From assembly GCA_963828735.1 (NCBI GenBank), contig CAWHFW010000005.1:1952001-2016000 (forward strand): a stretch of 64,000 bases of DNA, read 5' to 3'. Below, piece by piece: positions 20,481 to 36,612 of the stretch. The position numbers and the translations under genes are program-made. Position 1 is the stretch's first letter, and each line of letters opens with the position of its first letter. A model generated the notes under the pieces. The model made no database searches, had not been told where the DNA came from, and worked only from the letters and a program-made list of their open reading frames with translations. Origin of the DNA: an uncultured Gemmatimonadales bacterium. GTDB taxonomy: Bacteria > Gemmatimonadota > Gemmatimonadetes > Gemmatimonadales > GWC2-71-9.

Positions 20481-21328
20481 CGCTCCCCGCGCTGGTGTCG
20501 ACCGTGTGGCTCGCCGAGCGCCTCGGCCGGACCGGCCTGCGGATCCTCGACGCGTCGTGGTACCTGCCCACGCTCGGCCGCGACGCGCGCGCCGAGTACG
20601 CCGCGGGCCACATCCCGGGTGCGTTGTTCTTCGACCTCGACGCCGTCAGCGACCACGGCACCACGCTTCCGCACATGCTGCCCGAGGCGGGCGCATTCGC
20701 CCGCGCGATGAGCCGGCTCGGCCTGCGCGACGAGGATGACCTCGTCGTCTACGATGGCACGGGCGCGAACCTGAGCGCGGCACGCGCGTGGTGGATGTTC
20801 AGGGTGTTCGGTCACCCGGCTGTCGCCGTGCTCGACGGCGGCCTCGGCAAGTGGCGGCGCGAGGGCCGCGCGCTCGAGCAGGGCGCGGGCGCACTTACGG
20901 CCGGACGCTTCACGGCGCGCCTGGATCGCTCCGCGGTCCGTGACCTCGCCGAGATTCGCGGCAACCTCGAGACTGGACGCGAGCAGGTCGTGGACATGCG
21001 GCCCGAAGGCCGGTTCGCCGGGCGCGATCCAGAGCCGCGCGCCGGGCTGCGCGGCGGCCACATCCCGGGCAGCCGGAGCGTGCCCTACGTGGACCTCGTC
21101 GCAGCCGATGGCACGCTGCTCCTGCCTGACGCGCTCCGGGAGCGACTCGCCGCGGCCGGCGTGGACCCCGCTCGCCCGGTCGTGGCCACCTGCGGCTCGG
21201 GCACGAGTGCCTGCACCCTGATCCACGCGCTTCACCTGCTGGGTCACGACCAGGTGGCACTGTACGACGGTTCCTGGACCGAATGGGGCGGACGCACGGA
21301 CACCCCGGTCGCCACGGGCCAGGCATGA
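20477..21328 (+). CDS. sseA: 3-mercaptopyruvate/thiosulfate sulfurtransferase (tandem rhodanese)
   Basis: GHIPGA, LPHMLP, LDGG, CGSG active-site loop, YDGSWTEW. Confidence 0.88.
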   Translation: MTLPALVSTVWLAERLGRTGLRILDASWYLPTLGRDARAEYAAGHIPGALFFDLDAVSDHGTTLPHMLPEAGAFARAMSRLGLRDEDDLVVYDGTGANLSAARAWWMFRVFGHPAVAVLDGGLGKWRREGRALEQGAGALTAGRFTARLDRSAVRDLAEIRGNLETGREQVVDMRPEGRFAGRDPEPRAGLRGGHIPGSRSVPYVDLVAADGTLLLPDALRERLAAAGVDPARPVVATCGSGTSACTLIHALHLLGHDQVALYDGSWTEWGGRTDTPVATGQA

Positions 21329-22770
21329 CCGCGCCAACCATCCGAACCAACATCTCGCTGGGCGATAGCACCGCGTTCGGCTGCGTGGTGGCCTTCCTCC
21401 TGCCGTTCGCCGCCGTCGGCGCATTCGCGACGGTGCAGATGCTCCGCGCCGTCCACTCCGCCAACTGGGGGCAGGCCGGTTTCCTCGCCATCTTCGCGAT
21501 GGTCTTCGGCGGTGTGGGATTCGGAGGGCTCGTGGCGGTCATGTTCGGTCGTCGGCGGCTGGCCGAGGCCCAGGCGCGCGAAGCGCGCCACCCCCAGGAG
21601 CCGTGGCTCTGGCGGGAGGACTGGGCCTCGCGTCGACTCACCGATTCGACGCGCACGGATTTGTGGACGGCATGGGGGTTTTCCTCGTTCTGGAATCTGG
21701 TGAGCCTGCCCGCCGCCGTCGTCGCCACGCGTGAGGGCCTGAAGGAAGGTCATCACCTCGCGCTGCTGGTGCTGCTGTTCCCGGCGGTCGGTATCGGGCT
21801 CCTGGGCTGGGCCCTGCGCGCCACGCTGCGCTACCGCCGATACGGCACCTCACTGCTCGAGCTCAGGACGCTGCCGGCGCCGGTGGGTCACGCGCTCGAT
21901 GGCACGGTGCGGACGCCGCCGGACCTGCGACCTGCCGAGGGCTTTCGAGTGGCGTTGAGCTGCATCCGGCGGGAGACGAGCGGAACCGGCGATGACCGGA
22001 CCACGACGGAGCACGTGCTCTGGCAGGAGGAGCGCCGGACGATGGGCGGGGCAGCGGGGATTCCCGTGGCGTTCGCCATTCCCCGCGACGCCACGCCGAG
22101 CGACCCGGGCAACGCGAACGACCGTGTGCTCTGGCGTCTCCAGGTCATCGGCGAGGTGCCCGGCGTGGACTACTCGGCCGCGTTCGAGGTGCCGGTCTTC
22201 CGGACATCGGCGAGCGATGCGCCCGCCACCGACGCCGATCGGGCCGCGGCGGCCGCGGCCCTCGTGCCCACGGACTACCGCCAGCCGGCCGGCTCCCGGA
22301 TTCAGGTGAGGACGAGCCGGCGCGGCACCGAGATCTACTTCCCTCCCGCGCGGAATGTCGGCTTCGCCGGGGGGCTCACCGCCTTCGTCGGCATCTGGGT
22401 CGGAGCGATCGTCTTCATGGTCACCGTGCATGCGCCGATCTTCTTCCCGATCGTGTTCGGCGCGTTCGGCCTGCTGCTGGGGGTGGCCGCGCTCGACGCC
22501 TGGCTCGGCGTCTCACGGGTCACCGCGGGCGACGGCAGCCTCACCGTCGCGAGCGGGTGGCTCGTGCCGCGGCGGGAGCGCACGCTGCGCTCGGCGGAGA
22601 TCGCCGACGTCACGACGCGCATTGCCTCGCAGGCGGGCACGACGCCGTACTACGACGTGACCATCATGACGACGGCCGGCAAGCGGATCGCTGCCGGCCG
22701 AGGGGTGCGCGACAAACGCGAGGCCGAGTGGCTGGCGGGGATGATCCTGGCCGCCATCCGCCCGCGCTGA
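21325..22770 (+). CDS. Hypothetical multi-pass membrane protein
   Basis: ATGA overlap with sseA; three pairs of hydrophobic helices separated by soluble domains. Confidence 0.75.
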   Translation: MTAPTIRTNISLGDSTAFGCVVAFLLPFAAVGAFATVQMLRAVHSANWGQAGFLAIFAMVFGGVGFGGLVAVMFGRRRLAEAQAREARHPQEPWLWREDWASRRLTDSTRTDLWTAWGFSSFWNLVSLPAAVVATREGLKEGHHLALLVLLFPAVGIGLLGWALRATLRYRRYGTSLLELRTLPAPVGHALDGTVRTPPDLRPAEGFRVALSCIRRETSGTGDDRTTTEHVLWQEERRTMGGAAGIPVAFAIPRDATPSDPGNANDRVLWRLQVIGEVPGVDYSAAFEVPVFRTSASDAPATDADRAAAAAALVPTDYRQPAGSRIQVRTSRRGTEIYFPPARNVGFAGGLTAFVGIWVGAIVFMVTVHAPIFFPIVFGAFGLLLGVAALDAWLGVSRVTAGDGSLTVASGWLVPRRERTLRSAEIADVTTRIASQAGTTPYYDVTIMTTAGKRIAAGRGVRDKREAEWLAGMILAAIRPR

Positions 22771-22779
22771 AGCCCTACC

Positions 22780-23256
22780 TCAGGGAGCGGGCGGCGCGAG
22801 GTTCCCGCACGCCACGATCGTCGACATGTTCTGCGCCGATGCGTGGACGTTGACGAAATACTGGCCAGCCGGCGGCATCGGGATGGGAAGGTCGGCCTCC
22901 GCGTGGGCCTTGCCGTCATCGCCCACCTTCAGCAACGGATACGCGTCCGCGGGTCCGAGCACGCCCATGTCGTTCCCGCACTGGCCCCGATGCACGTGCC
23001 AGGGATGCGCGCCGCCCGGCGCGGCATTGGTGATCTCCGCGTGCGCCTTCGTCTGGCTCGAGTCCTTCGGATTGTGCTCCATCCAGCCGGACCCCTGCAC
23101 CTGGATCGCACCGGCGAGCCCCGCGGGCGTGGCGAGCACGGCGTTCCACCGGCCCGCAACGGGCTCGGCTTTGGGATCGATCTTGACGGCGCGGCCCCCG
23201 CACCCGGCCAGCGCGACGACGGTGGCGATCAGTCCTGCGGAAACAGCTGGACGCAT
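22780..23256 (-). CDS. Lipoprotein with CHRD / Cu-Zn SOD-like His motifs
   Basis: Lipobox LAGC; HPWHVHRGQC, YFVNVHAS, IVACGNL. Confidence 0.7.
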   Translation of the reverse strand: MRPAVSAGLIATVVALAGCGGRAVKIDPKAEPVAGRWNAVLATPAGLAGAIQVQGSGWMEHNPKDSSQTKAHAEITNAAPGGAHPWHVHRGQCGNDMGVLGPADAYPLLKVGDDGKAHAEADLPIPMPPAGQYFVNVHASAQNMSTIVACGNLAPPAP

Positions 23257-23350
23257 GCAATCCTCCACGAAGAGACGACACTCGGAACACCGTCGCCTAT
23301 ATGGAGGTTGCGCACTCGGCTTGCCGTGATGAGCGACACCGCCGGTGCGG

Positions 23351-24988
23351 TCAGCGCCGGGCGCGAACGCCGCACGCGCGGAGCAGTTGCACCGGGGCGG
23401 GATGGTGGGGAAACAGCTCGCGCGCCACGGTGGCGTGCGGGATGGCGCGGTCACAGCGTCCGGCGCGCGCCCAGGCCCGGCCGAGCAGCATGCGGATCCG
23501 GTAGCTGCCGGGATCGATCGAGGCGGCCGACTCCATCGCCTTCCGGCTTCCGCCATCGAATACCGCCATGGCGATCGTCTGGGTCGTGCCGCGCACGACG
23601 AACAGCACCCCGACGACGGCCACCGCGATCAGGAGACCGCGCCTGGAGCTGGAGGTCAGCGGGATCTCGCGAATCGGGCGCGCAGAGGACGCCAGGGTGC
23701 CGACGATGGTCCACGCGAATAGCGTCGGGATGGGCAGCAGCAGCACGGCGTCGAACGCGCCGACCACGGCGATGGCCATGACCGTCGCCACGATCGCGAG
23801 ATCCGTCAGCGCAGGCGTGTGGCGCGATTCGCGACGGACGCGCGCCCAGGCGCCCAGGGCGATCGTGCAGCCGATGAGCGTGAGCAGCCCGAGCGCGACG
23901 AATCCGCGCTCCGAGGCCATCGCCACCCAATCGCTGCTCGGCCAGGGATTCGTCGGGATGATGTCGTCGGCGTCGAACGACGGATCGCCCGGCGACATGT
24001 ACTCGGGATAGTGGACCGGCCAGTTCCCCGGACCGACGCCGAGCACCGGGTGATGCGCGGCCATCGTGAGCGTGTTCCCGTACTGGATGACCCGTCCCAG
24101 CCCGCTCCCCTCCTTGTAGTTCGCCACGCCGGCGAGCGACTCGAGATAGGGCGAGTCGGACCGCCAGTTGAGCCGGTTCGGCAGGGCGAGGGCCAGTGCC
24201 ACCCCGGCGACCGCGACCGTGGCGAGCTGCAGCACACGGCGACGAAGACGGTCGTCGCCCCACAGACGGCCGAGCCAGAGTCCCTCCACGACGAGGAACG
24301 CGCTCGACGCGACGGCGGCCAGCCAGCCCGCACGGGAACGCGACAACATCAGGGCGGCAGTCGCGAGGGCGACGCCGGCGCCCCCGAAAAAGAACCGGAG
24401 CTGCGACCGGGCCTCGACGGCGAGGTAGAGCATGACCGGCAGGCCGATCGCCACCAGGTGGGCCATGAAGTTCCGGTTGCCGAACGTGCCGCCGGGCGCC
24501 CGGCTCAGGCTCGCGAGGTTCGTCGTCACGAACCCGTATGCCTGGGCGAGGCCCGTCAGCGCCCCCATGACCACGGCCGCCGCCAGTCCCACGAGGAGCG
24601 CATCGCCCTTGCCCGCGCGCGCCACCATGCGGCCACACCAGAACAGCGCCGCGCCGGCGAGGCTCACGCCGACGGCGCGGAACGCGAGCCAGCCGTTGGT
24701 GGCGACCACCGCCGACAGCATGGAGATCGCGAGGAAGCCCGCGAGGAGGGCATCGACCATGAACACCGTGAGCCGCCGCGCGGAGGCCAGGCAGACGAGC
24801 GAGGCGATCAGGGCGGCGCAGGTGAGCACCAGCTCCTTGGGCAGGGTGTAGCGGTCGAGCTCGAAGATCGGGTAGGGAACCGCCGCGAGCACCACGGCGA
24901 ACGCCGCCACCTGGATGACCAGCGTGGCGATGCGGCTCGTGGCCTCGGCATCGGCAGCAGGCGTGACGGTGAGACGCGCCTCTGGCAT
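23351..24988 (-). CDS. O-antigen ligase family (Wzy_C) membrane protein
   Basis: Many TM helices; GTFGNRN, SRSRAGWLA, HPVLGVGPGNW; short TPR-like C-terminus. Confidence 0.8.
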   Translation of the reverse strand: MPEARLTVTPAADAEATSRIATLVIQVAAFAVVLAAVPYPIFELDRYTLPKELVLTCAALIASLVCLASARRLTVFMVDALLAGFLAISMLSAVVATNGWLAFRAVGVSLAGAALFWCGRMVARAGKGDALLVGLAAAVVMGALTGLAQAYGFVTTNLASLSRAPGGTFGNRNFMAHLVAIGLPVMLYLAVEARSQLRFFFGGAGVALATAALMLSRSRAGWLAAVASSAFLVVEGLWLGRLWGDDRLRRRVLQLATVAVAGVALALALPNRLNWRSDSPYLESLAGVANYKEGSGLGRVIQYGNTLTMAAHHPVLGVGPGNWPVHYPEYMSPGDPSFDADDIIPTNPWPSSDWVAMASERGFVALGLLTLIGCTIALGAWARVRRESRHTPALTDLAIVATVMAIAVVGAFDAVLLLPIPTLFAWTIVGTLASSARPIREIPLTSSSRRGLLIAVAVVGVLFVVRGTTQTIAMAVFDGGSRKAMESAASIDPGSYRIRMLLGRAWARAGRCDRAIPHATVARELFPHHPAPVQLLRACGVRARR

Positions 24989-25351
24989 GGTGACACGCCG
25001 CGGGTGGTGCTCGATCGGCAAGGCACTCTCCTGGGGACCGAACGGGTTGGCGGCACAAGTATAACACGGGTGTCGGATCGCTGGGCCGGGTCACGGGACG
25101 ATCGGGTGATCGGGTGGTTCGACCGCGATGCCGGCGGGCGCGGCTGCCGGGTCCGTGACCTTCGTGGAGGCGACTACTCGCTACGAGCCTCCGGCCCCCA
25201 CGCTCATGCTCTTGGGACCCGATGGCCGTCGCGAACGCGTGACTTGGCGCACGGCCGTTCAACGTCGGAAAACCCATCCTAGCCCGATGTCGACCGCCTC
25301 GACCCCTCCGGTGCGGGCGGCGGGAATCGAACCACGAGCTCGGGAGGCATC

Positions 25352-25762
25352 ATGGGGGAGGTTACGCGGCGCTTCGGGGATGAGCGCTCGATCGGCGAGA
25401 TGTTGGGGGAGCTGTCGCAGGACATGGCGCTGCTGCTTCGGCAGGAGGCCCGGCTCGCCAAGACGGAAATGCAGGACAAGGTGGCCCGGGTCGCGGCCGA
25501 CGTCGCCTCCCTCGCGACCGGTGGCGCGATCGCGCTCGTGGGCGGACTGGCCCTGACCGCCGCCCTGATCCTCGTGCTCATCGATCGAGCCGGCCTCAAG
25601 CCGTGGGTGGCCGCTCTGGCGGTCGGTGCCGTCATGGGCCTGCTCGGCTGCGGCCTGCTCTGGCGCGGGGTGCACGGGCTCAAGCACACCGATCCCACGC
25701 CCAGGCGGACGGTGGAGACGATCAAGGAGGACATCCGGCGGGTGAAGGAGATCCGGCCATGA
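25352..25762 (+). CDS. YqjE / 'phage holin 3_6' family membrane protein
   Basis: SIGEMLGELSQDMALLLRQEARLAKTE, two TM helices, PRRTVETIKED. Confidence 0.8.
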   Translation: MGEVTRRFGDERSIGEMLGELSQDMALLLRQEARLAKTEMQDKVARVAADVASLATGGAIALVGGLALTAALILVLIDRAGLKPWVAALAVGAVMGLLGCGLLWRGVHGLKHTDPTPRRTVETIKEDIRRVKEIRP

Positions 25763-26103
25763 CGATCTCGCGAGAAGGACGGGATCCCGCGCCGGGGGAG
25801 CTCGAGCAGGAGATCGAGCGCACGCGAGAGCGCATGACCGACAACATCAGCGCGATCGAGCGGAGACTCAGTCCGGGGCAGCTCAAGCGGCAAGCCAAGG
25901 CGGCGGTGGCGGAGAAGGCGCAGGACGTGGTCGCGAGCCTCCAGGACCGGGCTCGGCAAGCCGGGACCCGCGTCGCCGAGGTGGTGCGCCGGTATCCCAG
26001 GCACGTGGCCGTGGCGGCCGGGGCGATCGTCCTACTGTGGTTGGCCCGCGGACGCCGTCGGCGGCCGGCCGTGCGCCTGCGGAAAGCGACTCGCCGCGCG
26101 TGA
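25759..26103 (+). CDS. DUF3618/ElaB-like tail-anchored protein
   Basis: ELEQEIERTRERMTDNISAIERRLSP, C-terminal TM and basic tail; ATGA overlap. Confidence 0.75.
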   Translation: MTISREGRDPAPGELEQEIERTRERMTDNISAIERRLSPGQLKRQAKAAVAEKAQDVVASLQDRARQAGTRVAEVVRRYPRHVAVAAGAIVLLWLARGRRRRPAVRLRKATRRA

Positions 26104-27017
26104 AGCAGTCTTTCTCTCTGATCAAGGAGAGCGCGGACAATTTCCTCGCGGACGACTGTCCCACGCAGGCCGCCGCGCTCTCCTACTACACCATCTTCTC
26201 TCTCCCGCCCCTGCTGCTGGTGCTGCTCCTGATCGTGGGCTCGGTCATGGATCCCCAGGACATTCAGGGGCACCTGGAGCAGCAGCTCACGGCGTTGATG
26301 GGAACGTCGGCGACGGAGCAGATCCGCGAGATTCTCGAGCAGCTCCACCAGCCGGGCGCACGCGGGCTCCTGCCCACGCTGCTGAGCATCGGCGCGCTCG
26401 TGTTCGGCGCGACCGGGGCCTTCGGCCAGCTGCAGGCTTCGCTCAACCGTCTCTGGAAGGTGACGCCGGATCCGCGGCAAGGCGGGATCCGGGCGTTCCT
26501 GGTGAAGAGGGTCTTCACCTTCGGCATGATCCTGAGCGTGGCCTTCCTGCTGCTCGTCTCGCTGGTCCTGAGCGCGGTGCTCAGCGCGTTTGGCGGGACG
26601 TTGGCGGCCTTCCTGCCCGCGGGGATCTCCACGGCGCTGCTCCAGGGCGTGAATCAGCTGCTCTCGCTGGTGGTGATCACGGCGCTGTTCGCGGCGATCT
26701 TCAAGGTACTGCCGGACGTGCAGATCAGGTGGGGTGATGTCTGGGTGGGCGCGTGCGCCACCGCGCTGCTCTTCGTGGCGGGCAAGTTCCTCATCGGCTT
26801 CTATCTCGGCGAGAGCAATCCGGGGCAGGCGTTCGGTGCGGCGGGGTCCCTGGCGGTTTTGCTGGTGTGGATCTACTACTCGTCGATGATCGTGCTCTTC
26901 GGCGCCGAGTTCACGCAGGCGTGGATCAAACGGGCGCGTGGGAGAGTCGTGCCCGAGCCGGGGGCGGTGAGGGTCGTCGAGGAAACGAGGCCGCTCCAGA
27001 TCGCGCGCGGAGGGTAG
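26100..27017 (+). CDS. YihY / BrkB family membrane protein
   Basis: AAALSYYTIFSLPP, FKVLPD, GAAGSLAVLLVWIYYS, FGAEF. Confidence 0.9.
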   Translation: MKQSFSLIKESADNFLADDCPTQAAALSYYTIFSLPPLLLVLLLIVGSVMDPQDIQGHLEQQLTALMGTSATEQIREILEQLHQPGARGLLPTLLSIGALVFGATGAFGQLQASLNRLWKVTPDPRQGGIRAFLVKRVFTFGMILSVAFLLLVSLVLSAVLSAFGGTLAAFLPAGISTALLQGVNQLLSLVVITALFAAIFKVLPDVQIRWGDVWVGACATALLFVAGKFLIGFYLGESNPGQAFGAAGSLAVLLVWIYYSSMIVLFGAEFTQAWIKRARGRVVPEPGAVRVVEETRPLQIARGG

Positions 27018-27147
27018 TAGCCCTTCCGCCTTCGGCGCGTAAGTTTCCCTCCATCATGCTGCGATTGAGTACGTTCGGCGGTGACGACGTGTTCCACGGC
27101 TCGTCGACCCTCCAGCTCAACCCCGAGCGCATCACCCGCGAGCGGTC

Positions 27148-27495
27148 GTGACCCCGCGTGGCACTAGCGATGCGGGAAGCTACGCCAAGATCTACGCCGT
27201 GGTGCGTCGAATCCCGCGCGGTCGTGTCGCCACGTACGGTCAGGTGGCGGAGCTGGCCGGCCTGGCGGGGCACGCGCGGCAGGTGGGCTACGCGCTGCAC
27301 GCGCTGCCATCGGCCACGGCCCTTCCCTGGCACCGGGTCATCAACGCGAGCGGCGGCATCAGTCCCCGATCCGTGCCGGGCGCCGAGCTCACGCAGCGCC
27401 AGCTGCTGGAGGAAGAAGGCGTCGAGTTCGACCTCCGGGGTCGGGTGCGCCTGACGAAGGCGCGATGGAAAACGAAGGCCAGGAGGGCGACATGA
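27148..27495 (+). CDS. Alkyltransferase-like (ATL, YbaZ-type) protein
   Basis: IPRGRVATYGQVA, ARQVG, and PWHRV (Trp in place of the catalytic Cys). Confidence 0.85.
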   Translation: MTPRGTSDAGSYAKIYAVVRRIPRGRVATYGQVAELAGLAGHARQVGYALHALPSATALPWHRVINASGGISPRSVPGAELTQRQLLEEEGVEFDLRGRVRLTKARWKTKARRAT

Positions 27496-27533
27496 AGGCC
27501 GCGGGAGCTACCGCGCGATCGAGGAGCTCGAGC

Positions 27534-28439
27534 ATGATCGTCCACGTTCTCGGCGTCCCCATGGATCTCGGCTCCGGCCGACGAGGCGTGGACATGGGAC
27601 CGTCCGCCATCCGCATCGCCGGTCTCGATGCCGCGCTCCGCGACCTGGGGCACACGGTGATCGACGACGGCGACATCGCCATCAAGAACATGGAGGAGCT
27701 CAAGGTCGGCGACGTGAACGCGCGCTACCTCGCCGAGATCGCCCGCGCCTCGACCGTGGCCTGCCGCAAGGTGGAGCGGATCATGACCCGCGGCCATTTC
27801 CCGCTCGTCCTCGGCGGCGATCACTCGATCGCGGCCGGGACGGTCTCGGGCATCGCGTCCTTCGCGCGGCGCGAGGGCAAGAAGGTCGGCCTGCTGTGGG
27901 TCGACGCGCACGGCGACATCAATACCCCCGACACGTCGCCCTCGGGCAACATCCACGGCATGCCGGTCGCGTCGTTGCTCGGCTTTGGGCCCGAGAAGCT
28001 GACCGGGATCGGCGGACGATTCCCCAAGGTGGATCCCGGGAACGTCGCCCTCGTCGGCATCCGGAGCCTCGACGAAGGCGAGAAGCGCCGCCTCAAGCAA
28101 ACGGGCGTTCAGGTCCACACGATGTCCGACATCGATCGGCACGGCATCCACCGCGTGATGAAGAAGGCGCTCGCGCGCGTCACCGACGGGACCGACTACG
28201 TGCATGTGAGCTTCGATCTCGATGCGGTGGACCCGACGGTGGCGCCCGGCGTGGGCACGCCGGTCAAAGGAGGCCTGGACTATCGCGAGGCGCACCTGAT
28301 CATGGAGCAGCTCCATGATTCCGGCGTCATGACCTCGCTCGAGCTGGTGGAGGTCAACCCGATTCTCGACCAGGGGAACGCGTCCGCCACGTTCGCGGTC
28401 GAGCTGGTGCAGTCGGCGTTTGGGAAGAGGATCCTGTAG
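27534..28439 (+). CDS. rocF: Arginase
   Basis: GVDMGP, LGGDHS, DAHGDINTP, SGNIHGMP, SFDLDAVDP, EVNP. Confidence 0.93.
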   Translation: MIVHVLGVPMDLGSGRRGVDMGPSAIRIAGLDAALRDLGHTVIDDGDIAIKNMEELKVGDVNARYLAEIARASTVACRKVERIMTRGHFPLVLGGDHSIAAGTVSGIASFARREGKKVGLLWVDAHGDINTPDTSPSGNIHGMPVASLLGFGPEKLTGIGGRFPKVDPGNVALVGIRSLDEGEKRRLKQTGVQVHTMSDIDRHGIHRVMKKALARVTDGTDYVHVSFDLDAVDPTVAPGVGTPVKGGLDYREAHLIMEQLHDSGVMTSLELVEVNPILDQGNASATFAVELVQSAFGKRIL

Positions 28440-28556
28440 CCCGGAAGCCACAGGTGTGTCGCTCGTCACGCAGGGCAGGCGGGGCTGGGGCCGAGCGCAA
28501 ACGATCTCCGGATACAATATTGGGGAATCACCAGGCGCCCCAGCCAGGAGGTCCAC

Positions 28557-28961
28557 GTGCCTCGCATGCTCCGCGTTCCCCTCGCCGTCACGCTGCTGCT
28601 CGCCGCCGCAGGCGCGCTGGCCGCGCAGACCGGTACCAATCTCTCGCCCAGCCCGACCTTGCCCAGCGATACCCTTCAGGCCAACTACGCGCCCCGCAGC
28701 GCCGTCGGTCCGATGCCCGAGCTGGCGCCGAGCCTGCCGAGCGACACCCTCAAAGTGACTCAGCCGGCCGACCCGGCTCCCTCGGACTCGCTCGGCAGCG
28801 ATTCTTCCTCGAGCCAGGCGCAGCCCGACGACATCTTTCCGTACGCTTCACCCATGACCCCCGGGGACAGCGCGGCGCTGCGCGAGCTCAAGAGCTGGAT
28901 CGAGCGCCATCCGGGAGTGATGTCGCCGCCACCGGTGAGGGCCGTGCTCGTCCGGGTGTGA
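28557..28961 (+). CDS. Hypothetical secreted Pro/Ser-rich protein
   Basis: RBS aggagg before a GTG start; signal peptide ending ALA-A; repeated PxLPSDTL. Confidence 0.6.
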   Translation: MPRMLRVPLAVTLLLAAAGALAAQTGTNLSPSPTLPSDTLQANYAPRSAVGPMPELAPSLPSDTLKVTQPADPAPSDSLGSDSSSSQAQPDDIFPYASPMTPGDSAALRELKSWIERHPGVMSPPPVRAVLVRV

Positions 28962-29089
28962 TCGTCGGGTCGGGCAGAAAGTGGCGAGGCGGGACCGTTG
29001 CGGAGCCAGTCATGCCCCGCCACTCATGAGATGAAGCTCGCGGCGGCCGGCGCGGCCGCCTGGGGACGCGGCTAACCGGCCTTCATCCG

Positions 29090-29454
<365 letters not shown>

Positions 29455-29610
29455 TGGGACCCGTTCTCCGTGAGGAACACCTGGTGGACTATGTGCGAGA
29501 AGGCTCCCGACTCGAAACGGCCGAAGTCGATCGCCCGGCGTCCGGAGTATGGCGGGGGTGGGTGAGCCTACGCAAACCGACGGAGCCGCAGGCGCCTCGA
29601 TGGCCGGCGC

Positions 29611-30210
29611 TCAACGCTCCACCGGTGTCGCGGGTACGATGCCGCGCTCCTGTGCGACTCGCCAGAGCGTCTTCTGCAGCATCCGCCGGCCGCGGTGCAG
29701 CCGCGAGCGCACCGTTCCCACCGGGCATCCGACCGACTCGGCGATCTGCTGGTACGAGAGGTCGTCGATGAAGTACAGGGTGGCGACGACGCGGTATTCC
29801 TCCGGCAAGGCGTCCAGCGCTTCCGCCACATGCTCGGTATCGAACTTGTCCATCATCGCGGACGCGGGATCCGGCTCCTGGCTGTGCAGGCCGACCTCGG
29901 CGGTACGGGCGTACAGGTAGAGCGCCGGCAGGTCCTCGGTGCTCACGTTATTGCGCTCGTGCTTGGCCTTCCGATGGCGGCTGTAGAACGCGTTGGTGAG
30001 GATGCGGAAGAACCACGCCTTGAAGTTGGTCCCCGGCTGAAACGATGCGAACGCGCGGAACGCGAGCAACGCCGCGTCCTGGACCAGGTCCTCTGCCTCC
30101 GTGCGGTCGCGGGTCAGCCGCACCGCGGTGCCGTACGCCATGTTCAGGATCGGCCGGAAAAGCGCCTCGAACTCCTCCTGCGCGCGGGTCGAGTCGGTGA
30201 TGGCGGTCAT
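29611..30210 (-). CDS. ECF RNA polymerase sigma factor (SigH/SigR-like)
   Basis: AEDLVQD, FQPGTNFKAWFFRILTN (region 2), SYQQIAESVGCPVGTVRSRLHRGR (region 4). Confidence 0.93.
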   Translation of the reverse strand: MTAITDSTRAQEEFEALFRPILNMAYGTAVRLTRDRTEAEDLVQDAALLAFRAFASFQPGTNFKAWFFRILTNAFYSRHRKAKHERNNVSTEDLPALYLYARTAEVGLHSQEPDPASAMMDKFDTEHVAEALDALPEEYRVVATLYFIDDLSYQQIAESVGCPVGTVRSRLHRGRRMLQKTLWRVAQERGIVPATPVER

Positions 30211-30476
30211 CCGGCGGCATCCTCCGTGAGAAGCTGCTCGACCAGCGGCGGACAGTTGACCAGGGCCAGGGACTGCCTGGTCAGGTCGCGCAGCAGTCGG
30301 ACCGCCCGACGGTCCAGATAGTTCACCTCGCCGAGGTCCAGCAGCACCCGCTGGTCGCCGCCGAGCAGCGCGCGGCACTCCGACTCGAGCAGGCCGACCC
30401 ACTCGGCCACGATCTGGCCTTCGGCCTTGAGGACGACGTCGGAGTCGTTGGGCGACGTGCGGGTAATGCGAAGCAT
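30207..30476 (-). CDS. Small STAS-like protein
   Basis: MLRIT...LKAEGQI...VLLDLGEVNYLD; ATGA overlap with the ECF gene. Confidence 0.75.
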   Translation of the reverse strand: MLRITRTSPNDSDVVLKAEGQIVAEWVGLLESECRALLGGDQRVLLDLGEVNYLDRRAVRLLRDLTRQSLALVNCPPLVEQLLTEDAAG

Positions 30477-30514
30477 GGACTTTCCTCGTTGAGGCGGGAG
30501 CACCCCTGTGTAGG

Positions 30515-30529
30515 GCAGGGCGCGTGCCG
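30515..30529 (-). promoter_or_regulatory. Putative sigma54 (-24/-12) promoter
   Basis: Minus strand CGGCACGCGCCCTGC = GG-N10-GC, about 40 nt upstream of the STAS start; IHF-like AATCAACGCGATG just upstream. Confidence 0.7.
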
Positions 30530-30636
30530 CTCCGCTTCATTGAGGACATCGCGTTGATTGGGAGCGACTTACAGCGAGACTGGCGGCGGGCTTTCAGCGG
30601 TGGATTGGGAAATCCCTTCGGGGTTTTCCGTGAAAG

Positions 30637-36045
<5,409 letters not shown>

Positions 36046-36202
36046 GTCGCCGGGGGAGGCTGGTTCGGTAACACTAGGGGGCGCTCGCTCGGTTGGCCAG
36101 TACGCGGTCCGGAAAGCCGGTGACCAGGCTCACCGGGGCGCCGCCGGGCGGCCGCTACGTTGGAGGCGTTCGCCGGACGTTTTCGCCTTCGAGGAGGACC
36201 GC

Positions 36203-36574
36203 ATGGCCGACCGCGAGCAGGACCAGGTCCCCGATCCCGACGAGCTCGGCGCCGACTGGAAAGCCGCTTGGGAGACCGAGGACAACTACTGGGAGGAGAA
36301 CTTCAGCAGCCGGCCGTACGCCCTGGGGCCGGACTACTACGACCGCTTCCGGCCCGCGTACCGGTACGGGTTCGAGTCCGCCCGGCACCACCTGGGGCGG
36401 AGCTGGGACGACGCCGAGCCCGATCTCAGGACCGGGTGGGACCGCTTCAGCAACGAGAGCGGGACCCCGTCCACCTGGGACGAGATCAAGGCCGCCGTCC
36501 GCGATGCGTGGGACCGGGTGACGGGCGGCAAGGCCGCGGATGCCGAGGCCGGGGAGCCCCGAGCCCGCGAGTAG
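36203..36574 (+). CDS. Hypothetical Trp/Asp-rich protein
   Basis: RBS gaggagg; motifs PAYRYG, WDDAEPDLRTGW, WDEIKAAVRDAWDR. Confidence 0.75.
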   Translation: MADREQDQVPDPDELGADWKAAWETEDNYWEENFSSRPYALGPDYYDRFRPAYRYGFESARHHLGRSWDDAEPDLRTGWDRFSNESGTPSTWDEIKAAVRDAWDRVTGGKAADAEAGEPRARE

Positions 36575-36612
36575 CGCGGCCTCGGCGCCGCCGACACCCC
36601 TATCTTTCCCGC

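Noticed and set aside
23351..24988. Polysaccharide biosynthesis locus
   Set aside because: The ligase-family gene stands alone, without glycosyltransferase or flippase genes.
25352..27017. Prophage lysis module, suggested by the 'holin' family name
   Set aside because: The context is a YqjE-DUF3618-YihY membrane/stress cluster; no endolysin, structural or integrase genes.
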